Shown here piece after piece: positions 1 through 7,504 of a stretch of DNA of 40,092 bases. Each line of letters opens with the position of its first letter. Positions within the stretch are counted from its first letter, which is position 1. Both the position numbers and the translations under genes were made by a program. The stretch covers positions 1-40,092 of the forward strand of contig CAZHVK010000011.1 of the NCBI GenBank assembly GCA_964535955.1, written 5' to 3'. The notes under the pieces were generated by a model. That model was not told the DNA's origin. It saw only the letters and a program-made list of their open reading frames with translations, and ran no database searches. Source of the stretch: an uncultured Methanosarcinales archaeon. GTDB lineage: Archaea > Nanobdellota > Nanobdellia > Woesearchaeales > CAXGTL01.

Positions 1-57
1 CATAGAAAACAGTAAAACTAGCATAATACCATAACAAATAATGATCTTATTTTTCAT
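1..57 (-). CDS. 5' end of a secreted or membrane protein running off the window
   Basis: ATG at 57 gives MKNKIIICYGIMLVLLFSM (signal-peptide-like). GGTGGTG SD and a TTTATATA box lie upstream on the minus strand. Confidence 0.6.
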   Translation of the reverse strand, partial: MKNKIIICYGIMLVLLFSM

Positions 58-134
58 ACACACCACCACTTTTTAATATATATAGACAATATTATTATTT
101 TTTATTTTATTATATATAAAGATTTCTACCAATA

Positions 135-311
135 GTGTTAGTGCAACCCTTGCCTGTAAGGCCAGTGAACCAATGTTAGTGTTCGTCAGAATACATTGAT
201 GCTCAATTAGACATGTCAGAAATACAGAGTATTTCTGATCATGCTCAGAAACCTTTGGTTTCTGACATTACATAGACATTGAACAGGTGAACGAAAGGGT
301 TGTACCAACAC
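135..311. repeat. Structured dispersed element family 1, copy A (carries a nested family-2 insertion)
   Basis: 17-bp imperfect terminal IR (GTGTTAGTGCAACCCTT/AAGGGTTGTACCAACAC). The core GCC-loop-GGC-CAGTGA ... GAACGA is shared with the copies at 25685, 29543 and 32108. Confidence 0.85.
213..268. repeat. Double-hairpin palindromic element family 2, copy 1
   Basis: ATGTCA-hairpin-TGATCATGCTCA-hairpin-TGACAT. Absent from the equivalent loop of family-1 copy D. Confidence 0.85.
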
Positions 312-357
312 CACTTCCGATAACTTAATATACTACATCAACCAAATCAGTGCAATC

Positions 358-894
358 ATGAAACAATCATTTAACAAAGCTGTTATCCAAGAACCAGCAT
401 TAGTTGCTCTACTAACAGCTGCAATGGAAGTATATCCAAAAGAAACATTTGGCTTAGTATTTGGCTCCAGGTTTAAGAAAAAGTTCATAATCAAGAATGC
501 TCTTACATACCAAAATGCAACTAGAAAAAAGAATGAAACAAGCATCTGGCCTGCACAAGAAAGAAAAGTAAGGTATGTTTTGAATGAAGTTTCTGGTTAT
601 TCAATAATTGGTGATTTTCATTCTCATCCAGAAGATACTTGTTCTTTAAGCAAACATGACAAAAAAGATATGATTGAGGATGGTGAACATTTTGCAATAC
701 TTATTTCTGTATTTGAATGGGATGAAAAAGTTAAGTGGCACTATGATAAAAAAGAAAAATTTATTGAAGGCACTATTCATTCTGGTGATTTTCTTATTAA
801 TATTAAGGCTTATTACAGAGAGCCTGGAACAAGAGTAATTAGAAAATTGAGATTAGATTGTCCTAGTTTGAGGAAATTGAATAAGTGGTTTTGA
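358..894 (+). CDS. JAB/MPN (JAMM) domain metalloprotease
   Basis: N-terminal E (YPKETFG) plus HSHP-x5-S-x2-D JAMM motif (GDFHSHPEDTCSLSKHD). Confidence 0.85.
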   Translation: MKQSFNKAVIQEPALVALLTAAMEVYPKETFGLVFGSRFKKKFIIKNALTYQNATRKKNETSIWPAQERKVRYVLNEVSGYSIIGDFHSHPEDTCSLSKHDKKDMIEDGEHFAILISVFEWDEKVKWHYDKKEKFIEGTIHSGDFLINIKAYYREPGTRVIRKLRLDCPSLRKLNKWF

Positions 895-940
895 TATTTC
901 TACAATTATCACGAAAAACAACCAAAACACTTATATATTA

Positions 941-962
941 CATATGATAACATCATCATATG
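941..962. promoter_or_regulatory. Putative ArsR operator
   Basis: Inverted repeat CATATGA-N8-TCATATG between a TTATATA box and the ArsR start codon. Confidence 0.55.
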
Positions 963-1262
963 ACAACAAAATCATATAATGCATTCTTTATGAACTTTGC
1001 TAATAATGCTAGATTCAAGATTATCATGGCACTTCGGAAAAAGGAGTTAAGTGTTACAGAAATATGTAAAGAGACTAACCAAGAGCAAAGCAGAGTATCT
1101 CATCATCTAAAATCAATGGAAGGATGTAATATACTTAATGTTAAACAAGATGGTAGGTGGAGGGTGTACTCATTAAACAAAGAAACTGTAATCCCAATTC
1201 TAAAATTAATAGAAAAACACATAAAGAAATATTGCAGAGGGTGTGATAAACATGAAATCTAA
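960..1262 (+). CDS. ArsR/SmtB family transcriptional regulator
   Basis: R-x2-I...LSVTEI...QSRVSHHLK...GRWRVYSL winged-HTH pattern; C-terminal CxxC. Confidence 0.9.
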   Translation: MTTKSYNAFFMNFANNARFKIIMALRKKELSVTEICKETNQEQSRVSHHLKSMEGCNILNVKQDGRWRVYSLNKETVIPILKLIEKHIKKYCRGCDKHEI

Positions 1263-2427
1263 ACAAATATATCTAGATAATGGAGCTTCAACCAAAGTTG
1301 ATCCATTAGTAGTTCAAGAAATGAATAAATATCATTCAGAAGAATATGCAAATGCATCATCAACACACACATTTGGACAAGATGCAAAGCAAGCTCTGGA
1401 AAATGCTCGGAGGAAACTTTCAAAACTGTTAAAAGCAAAATCAGAAGAAATAGTTTTCACATCAGGAGGCACAGAATCAAATAATTTTGCAATCAAAGGG
1501 ATTGCATTTGCAAACAAAGACAAGAATCATATAATCACAACAAAAGTTGAACACAAGTGTGTATTAAAAAGTTGTAAATGGTTAGAATCACAAGGCTTTG
1601 AAGTCACATACATAGATGTAGACAGCAAAGGATTTGTTAGAGTTGAAGATTTAGAAAATGCAATAAAACCTAACACAATTTTGGTGAGCATAATTCATGG
1701 TAATAATGAGATTGGCACTATTCAAAATCTTGAAGAATTATATAAAGTTTGTAAAAGCAAAGGTGTTTATTTACACACAGATGCATGTCAATCATTTACA
1801 AAAACACCAATAACATCAGAACATGCAGATTTGATAACATTAAATGCTCACAAAATACATGGACCAAAAGGTGTTGGTGCTTTGTTTATTAAGTCTGGAG
1901 TAAAAATCAGTAATTGGCAACATGGTGGTGACCATGAATTTGCAATGAGAGCTGGAACTGAGAACATACCAGGAATCATAGGCTTTGTTAAAGCTGCTGA
2001 ATTAGCAATGAATAAAAAACATATTGAACACATGACAAGACTTAGAGATAAGTTAGTGGAAGGAGTTTTAAAAATAGAAGGTGTTAAATTAAATGGACCT
2101 AGAGAAAATAGATTGTGCAACAATGCAAACTTTTCATTCAAAGCTGTTGAAGGAGAAGCATTAGGAGGATACTTAGACCAAAAAGATATTTGTTCATCTA
2201 CAGGCTCAGCATGTACTTCAAAAGTACTAGAGCCAAGCCATGTATTAAAAGGAATTGGTTTATCAGACGAAGATGCAAATGGATCATTAAGATTAACATT
2301 AAGCAGATTCACAACAGAAGAAGAGATAGATTATATTCTTATAGTTTTACCAAAAATAGTTAAAAAACTAAGGAGGATATCACCTATTGGTAAATTAATC
2401 CAAAATGTACTCAAAAAAAGTAATTAA
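1252..2427 (+). CDS. iscS: Cysteine desulfurase IscS/NifS
   Basis: IYLDNGAST, FTSGGTESNN, AHKIHGPKG (PLP lysine), STGSACTS (catalytic Cys). Start placed at the ATG after the GAGGGTG SD. Confidence 0.95.
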   Translation: MKSKQIYLDNGASTKVDPLVVQEMNKYHSEEYANASSTHTFGQDAKQALENARRKLSKLLKAKSEEIVFTSGGTESNNFAIKGIAFANKDKNHIITTKVEHKCVLKSCKWLESQGFEVTYIDVDSKGFVRVEDLENAIKPNTILVSIIHGNNEIGTIQNLEELYKVCKSKGVYLHTDACQSFTKTPITSEHADLITLNAHKIHGPKGVGALFIKSGVKISNWQHGGDHEFAMRAGTENIPGIIGFVKAAELAMNKKHIEHMTRLRDKLVEGVLKIEGVKLNGPRENRLCNNANFSFKAVEGEALGGYLDQKDICSSTGSACTSKVLEPSHVLKGIGLSDEDANGSLRLTLSRFTTEEEIDYILIVLPKIVKKLRRISPIGKLIQNVLKKSN

Positions 2428-2773
2428 ACATTTTACAGACCCAAAATTTGCAGGAGAATTAAAGAATCCTGATGCTGTCGGAGAAGTTGGTAATATGGCT
2501 TGCGGAGACATAATGAGAATCTATTTAAAAATTAAAAACAACAAAATAATAGACATCAAATTCTTAACATATGGATGCGCAGCTGCAATTGCAGCATCAG
2601 ACACAATGTGTCAATTAGCAAAAGGCAAGACTTTGGATCAAGCATTAAAGATAACTGCTAAAGACATTGCAAAAGAACTAGATAATCTTCCACCTGTTAA
2701 GTTTCATTGTTCTGTATTAGGTACAGAAGCTTTGAAAAAAGCAATTGATGATTATAAAAATAAAAAGAAATAA
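2405..2773 (+). CDS. iscU: Fe-S cluster scaffold IscU/NifU-N
   Basis: GNMACGD, YGCAAAIA and LPPVKFHCS motifs. Confidence 0.95.
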   Translation: MYSKKVIKHFTDPKFAGELKNPDAVGEVGNMACGDIMRIYLKIKNNKIIDIKFLTYGCAAAIAASDTMCQLAKGKTLDQALKITAKDIAKELDNLPPVKFHCSVLGTEALKKAIDDYKNKKK

Positions 2774-2776
2774 TAA

Positions 2777-2849
2777 AAACAGAACACCACCCAAGTATAG
2801 CTTCCTAACAGAACCAAGGGAGGGTGATCGGGGGAAAGGCCTGGTGGGG
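2777..2849 (+). repeat. G-rich dispersed repeat family 3, copy 1
   Basis: AAACAGA..CCCAAGTATAGCTTCCTAACAGAACCAAGGGAGGGTGATCGGGGGAAAGGCCTGGTGGGG; homologous copies elsewhere in the window. Confidence 0.8.
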
Positions 2850-2911
2850 ATTATAAACATAAAAACATAACAAACTTTAAATACCACTTAAATTTTTCTA
2901 ATAATAACACT

Positions 2912-3009
2912 GGAGGCGTGGCCAAGCAGCTAAGGCAAGAGGCTGCAATCTTTTGCAGAGCCCTCTGATCCCGGGTGCAAGACTAAATGTGCAAATCCCG
3001 GCGCCTCCT
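2912..3009 (+). tRNA. trnC: tRNA-Cys(GCA) with two introns (37/38: 2949-2960; 59/60: 2982-2995)
   Basis: Acceptor stem GGAGGCG/CGCCTCC, D stem GCC/GGC, anticodon stem AGAGG/CCTCT, anticodon GCA at 2945-2947, T stem CCGGG/CCCGG, discriminator U73. Both inserts fold into BHB/BHL splice motifs. Confidence 0.9.
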
Positions 3010-3019
3010 TACTATTTTT

Positions 3020-3508
3020 TTACATAGAATCTTCTTTAACTTTGTCATTCCAAGCTTTGTTTACTTTCCCAATTACTTTAACAACTTTAGGACAAAACTC
3101 TTTATTCCAAAACTCTACAGAATAATCAAGAAACTCTGCTTCTTTTTTCTTATCCTTTGTAAGACCAATCAAAGAATTATTACTGACATGAGCTAAAACT
3201 TTCCTCATCAGTTTAAGAATTTCTTCTTTTTCTTGTTCATCAAAAACTTTTGATTCAAAAACATTCATCATATTACCAGGATTAGGCAGCATCAAAGAAT
3301 GAAGATAATTATTCCATCCATTAAAAGTATCTAATATTCTTCTACAGATTCTTCTAGACAAAACATCACTAATATATCTGTCTGAAAGAATCATGTCTTT
3401 AAGAAAAAAATTTTCATCTAATTGTTTTAGAGTAGATTTAAATTTTAATTCTATTTTAATCTCTTTAAACTTTTCTTCAAAATCCTTTATCAATTGTTTG
3501 TTTGTCAT
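3020..3508 (-). CDS. Hypothetical protein
   Basis: 162-aa ORF with typical composition and a TATA box upstream; no motif recognised. Confidence 0.75.
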   Translation of the reverse strand: MTNKQLIKDFEEKFKEIKIELKFKSTLKQLDENFFLKDMILSDRYISDVLSRRICRRILDTFNGWNNYLHSLMLPNPGNMMNVFESKVFDEQEKEEILKLMRKVLAHVSNNSLIGLTKDKKKEAEFLDYSVEFWNKEFCPKVVKVIGKVNKAWNDKVKEDSM

Positions 3509-3551
3509 TTTAGTACTAGAATAACAATAGGATTTATAAATTTAACCTAAT

Positions 3552-4469
3552 TCACACCATCTTCTCATACAAACTTGTTCCACAGAAAATATCAATACCT
3601 TTTGCAATATCTTTTTGATTATACCCACCTTCTAAAACATAAAAACATTTATAATGCTTTAAAATATCTTTTAATGTTACTAAAACAGAATCTTTAATAT
3701 CGAATGAAAGAGACACCATACCATCCCTTTGTTTTTCATCATCAGATAAATTAGTGTAAAAATCAAAACCAGCACTAACAGCGACAATGTCTGGTTTAAA
3801 CTCCTTTAATTTAGGTAATAATATTTTTTCTAATTTTTCAATGTATAAATCAGTGTCAGTATTAGATGATAATGGGATATTGATGCAATTGTTTTCAGAC
3901 CTTATACCTGTCCCAGGGTATAAAAGACTCTTGTGCAATGAAAAATACATAACATTTTCTTCACCAAATAAAATATCTTGTGTTCCATTTCCATGATGCA
4001 GATCAAAATCAAGAACAAATATTTTCTTACCTCGATTCATAAGATATTTAACCGCAATCGCAATATTATTAAAAACACAAAAACCCATGGACTTGTCACT
4101 ACAAGCATGATGACCAGGAGGTCTTATCAATGCAAATGCCTTTTCTCCACCAAATGCATAATCAGCTGCTTTTATTGCACAACCTGCTGCAATGCATGCT
4201 GCTTCATATGTTTGCTTAGTAAAAACAACCTCCCCTTCACCAAGAACAGGTTTATCTTTAACACTATCAGACATGTTTTTAATCTTTTCAATATAATCTC
4301 TATCATGTACTAAAGAAATATGTTGTTCACCACTTTGATTGCATTTTTCTGCAATATCAACATCTTCTAATAATTTATAGATTGTTTTTAATCTTTCAGC
4401 ACATTCAGGGTGAACATCATTAGTTTGAGCTCCGTGTTCAAGACATTTTAATGAATATATTATTTTCAT
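3552..4469 (-). CDS. Histone deacetylase / AcuC family amidohydrolase
   Basis: HPECAERL, RPPGHHA, GFCVFNN, DFDLHHGNGTQ, SAGFD and LEGGY motifs. Confidence 0.92.
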   Translation of the reverse strand: MKIIYSLKCLEHGAQTNDVHPECAERLKTIYKLLEDVDIAEKCNQSGEQHISLVHDRDYIEKIKNMSDSVKDKPVLGEGEVVFTKQTYEAACIAAGCAIKAADYAFGGEKAFALIRPPGHHACSDKSMGFCVFNNIAIAVKYLMNRGKKIFVLDFDLHHGNGTQDILFGEENVMYFSLHKSLLYPGTGIRSENNCINIPLSSNTDTDLYIEKLEKILLPKLKEFKPDIVAVSAGFDFYTNLSDDEKQRDGMVSLSFDIKDSVLVTLKDILKHYKCFYVLEGGYNQKDIAKGIDIFCGTSLYEKMV

Positions 4470-5278
4470 GTGAAATGCCTCAGTTTTGATCTAAAATATT
4501 TAACCATATGCATGCAGCAGCCATCAAACTCAACACTTGGTTCTTCAATAAATCCTAATCTTTGATACTGTCTGACAGCATTATTATTAGTCTTATAAAC
4601 CAGAAGTTCAATACATTCAACAGGATTCTCATTTTGTAAACATGAATTAATATCATACAAAAGTTCCTCAAAATACTTAATCATTTTAGTAAAATATCCT
4701 CTTCTTCTTTTCTCAGGCTTTACATAAATAAAATCAACCCACAATCCTCTGTTAATACAAGAACTAAATCCTCTTTTTTTAATATTATACAAACTAAATG
4801 ATGCAATATCATCAATCTCATACCCTAACATTGCTCTGCAATCTAGATCCACATTATTAATACACTCTTTAATAAATTCATCACAAATAGTTTGTTCATT
4901 TTCTCTATGAAAATCATACAATAATTTATGCATGTCCTTGCCTAATTCATCTACAGGAACAATCTCACCGCAGTTTCTTCTTAACAAATCATATAAATCA
5001 GTTGAATTAATAATCAGATCATATTCAGGAGCAATAATATCTTTTGACCTGCTAGGTCTTCTAACAAAAGAAATATGTCTTTTCTTTGTCCAGACCTCAT
5101 TCAATACACAAACCAAACTTTCTTCAGTTATATTTCTAACCAATTCAACAAACTCTTCCTCATCAAATCTAGAAACAAGAAACTCTGCAGCTTCTTTAAT
5201 AACATCTTTATTTTTTTCTTCTCTTTCTAATTTACTAAGATATTTTGCAAACTTGTCAATATTATTATTCTCACTCAT
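4466..5278 (-). CDS. GNAT family N-acetyltransferase with N-terminal extension
   Basis: IYVKPEKRRRGY (motif A) and N-x2-A-x3-Y-x2-LGF. Stop overlaps the deacetylase start (ATGA). Confidence 0.8.
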   Translation of the reverse strand: MSENNNIDKFAKYLSKLEREEKNKDVIKEAAEFLVSRFDEEEFVELVRNITEESLVCVLNEVWTKKRHISFVRRPSRSKDIIAPEYDLIINSTDLYDLLRRNCGEIVPVDELGKDMHKLLYDFHRENEQTICDEFIKECINNVDLDCRAMLGYEIDDIASFSLYNIKKRGFSSCINRGLWVDFIYVKPEKRRRGYFTKMIKYFEELLYDINSCLQNENPVECIELLVYKTNNNAVRQYQRLGFIEEPSVEFDGCCMHMVKYFRSKLRHFT

Positions 5279-5341
5279 AACATCAAGAGAGAATCTGTAT
5301 TTTATAAAGTTTTATATATAATAGGACATAATACAAAGAAT

Positions 5342-6301
5342 ATGCCAACACCAATAAAAGCAAGAGAAAAATTAATAGAAAATCTTAAACCAAGTTTTAT
5401 AGAACATTATAAATCATTTTGTCCAGATTATGACAAATTCATAGATTTCTCATTCTCATATCCAAGACAAGCAATTAGGGTAAACACTTTGAAAACTTCT
5501 GTGGAAGAAGTAAAGAAAAGTATGACAAAAAATGGATGGTCGTTGGAAGTGGTTCCATGGTGTAAACAAGGTTTCTGGATAACACATAAAGAAAACAGAA
5601 GAGATATAGGAAACACAATCGAACATTCACTTGGTTATATATTTGTACAAGATGCTGCTTCAATGATACCACCTTTAGTTCTTGATCCAAAACCAGATGA
5701 AACAGTTCTTGACATGTGCGCAGCACCTGGAAGCAAAGCAACACAGATAGCACAATACATGGAGAACAAAGGAGTATTGATTGCAAATGATTACAAAGGT
5801 GTTAGAATAAGTGCATTAGGTATTAATATGCAAAGATTAGGTATAACAAATAATGTGATAACATTAATGGAAGGACGTTTCTTTAAAGGATTTAAATTTG
5901 ACAAGATATTAGTTGATGCACCATGTTCAGGCACAGGCACAATCAGAAAAAGTCTAAAGACAACAACACAATGGAGTATTAATTTATTAAAGAATTTATC
6001 AGGCATACAAAGACAATTATTAAGAACAGGATTTGAGAATTTGAAAGTGGGTGGAACATTAGTTTATTCAACATGCAGTTGTGAACCAATGGAAAACGAA
6101 GCTGTTGTTTCATGGTTATTAGATAATTATCCAGATGCAAAAATAGAAGCAATAAAACTGAAAGGTTTAAATACATCAAAGCCTATATTAGAATTTGATA
6201 ATATAAAATACAATCCTCAGGTAAAGAATTGTCTAAGGATCTGGCCATATGATAATGATACAGAAGGTTTCTTTGTGGCTAAGATAAAAAAAACAAAATA
6301 A
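5342..6301 (+). CDS. RsmB/NOP2/Sun family RNA m5C methyltransferase
   Basis: VLDMCAAPGSK, ILVDAPCSG, LVYSTCS and GFFVA motifs. Confidence 0.93.
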   Translation: MPTPIKAREKLIENLKPSFIEHYKSFCPDYDKFIDFSFSYPRQAIRVNTLKTSVEEVKKSMTKNGWSLEVVPWCKQGFWITHKENRRDIGNTIEHSLGYIFVQDAASMIPPLVLDPKPDETVLDMCAAPGSKATQIAQYMENKGVLIANDYKGVRISALGINMQRLGITNNVITLMEGRFFKGFKFDKILVDAPCSGTGTIRKSLKTTTQWSINLLKNLSGIQRQLLRTGFENLKVGGTLVYSTCSCEPMENEAVVSWLLDNYPDAKIEAIKLKGLNTSKPILEFDNIKYNPQVKNCLRIWPYDNDTEGFFVAKIKKTK

Positions 6302-6302
6302 T

Positions 6303-6335
6303 AAACAGACTCTAAGCCCAAGTACAGCTTTCTAA
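6303..6335 (+). repeat. Family 3 repeat, 5' half only
   Basis: AAACAGACTCTAAGCCCAAGTACAGCTTTCTAA matches the 5' half of copy 1 and sits right after a stop codon. Confidence 0.55.
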
Positions 6336-6377
6336 AAATTGAAAAATATAGCCCAAAAACCCAAACCTTTATATATC

Positions 6378-6397
6378 ATTACGTAATATTACGTAAT
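6378..6397. promoter_or_regulatory. Tandem palindromic operator (ATTACGTAAT)x2
   Basis: Perfect 20-bp palindrome between a TTTATATA box and the ATG at 6399. Confidence 0.65.
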
Positions 6398-6398
6398 A

Positions 6399-7163
6399 AT
6401 GATAAGCAAAATAAGCAAAGGAAGCAGGATGGACCAGATTTATATACCTAAGACAAGGATTCCAGGATATGAAATAGGCAAAACCGTATTGATAAAACCA
6501 ATAGAAGAAACAAGAACAATCACACCATTCTATTATAATATTAAGAAAATAGAGCCAGTAAAAAACATAATAATTGAAAAGATTCTTAATCATCTACATT
6601 ATGTTGATAATCTTATAATAACAGGCTCATTCTTAGATAAAGGTTTTCATTTTCATGATATTGATCTTATTATAATTGATGATAAGAAATTGAATTTAAA
6701 TAAAATAAGAAAAGATTTGGAAAAACTAGCAGGGATAGAGTTTCACATAATCCAATTAAATAATAAAACATTATTACAAGGCCTTAACACAGATCCATTG
6801 TTCCAAGCAATGTTAAGCAAATTTGTCTCAAAAAAGAGATTAGTCTATAAAATTAGAAAACAGATTAACTACAAATTACTTGACTTACACTTATTAAAAA
6901 GCAAAACTTTGATCCATGGATTTGATTTCCTCAAAGGCCATGAAAAATATAATTTGATCAGAAACATGATCGCAATCGATTTATTTTTAAAAGGTAGAAA
7001 GATTACAACAGAAAACATAAACAGAGAAATAAGAAAGCATTTTAAGGTTGATATTAAAGATATAAAAGAAAATATAATAGATAGGACAATAATAAATAAA
7101 TACAAGAAAAAACATAAGAAATTATTTAACAAGATAATGAGGGGCCTTAAAATTGGTTCATAA
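6399..7163 (+). CDS. AbrB-like DNA-binding domain fused to a Pol-beta-type nucleotidyltransferase
   Basis: N-terminal KISKGSRMDQIYIPK...GKTVLI (AbrB-like); central ITGSFL...DIDLIII (GS..DxD). Confidence 0.65.
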   Translation: MISKISKGSRMDQIYIPKTRIPGYEIGKTVLIKPIEETRTITPFYYNIKKIEPVKNIIIEKILNHLHYVDNLIITGSFLDKGFHFHDIDLIIIDDKKLNLNKIRKDLEKLAGIEFHIIQLNNKTLLQGLNTDPLFQAMLSKFVSKKRLVYKIRKQINYKLLDLHLLKSKTLIHGFDFLKGHEKYNLIRNMIAIDLFLKGRKITTENINREIRKHFKVDIKDIKENIIDRTIINKYKKKHKKLFNKIMRGLKIGS

Positions 7164-7503
7164 TAGAAACAAACTAATTAAATTAATGATAGGAAATCTA
7201 GCAAATGCAATAGTTCACAAGATATTAGAAAAAGCTATTGAAGATGATATCCATAGAAACCATTACAATAAGGAATTTACAAACAGCATAGAAATTGCTA
7301 AAAAATACAGATTATTCATAAACCCAATTGAAAGACCACTACCAGAGAAAGATGTTGAAGATATTAAACAACAATTATATCAAAAAGTTTATAATGAACT
7401 TAATCTAAGGATATCTAAAGGATATGTAGGTATTAATTTAGAATTAATCAATGAATTAATTGATGAATATCTGGAAGAATTAGAAATAAAAGAAAAAAAA
7501 TAA
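7153..7503 (+). CDS. Small helical hypothetical protein coupled to the NTase gene
   Basis: Overlaps the upstream stop; 116 aa; no RX4-6H motif seen. Confidence 0.7.
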   Translation: MVHNRNKLIKLMIGNLANAIVHKILEKAIEDDIHRNHYNKEFTNSIEIAKKYRLFINPIERPLPEKDVEDIKQQLYQKVYNELNLRISKGYVGINLELINELIDEYLEELEIKEKK

Positions 7504-7504
7504 A

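Noticed and set aside
2987..3196. 69-aa ORF starting inside the tRNA
   Set aside because: Overlaps tRNA-Cys and is antisense to a longer ORF; shadow frame.
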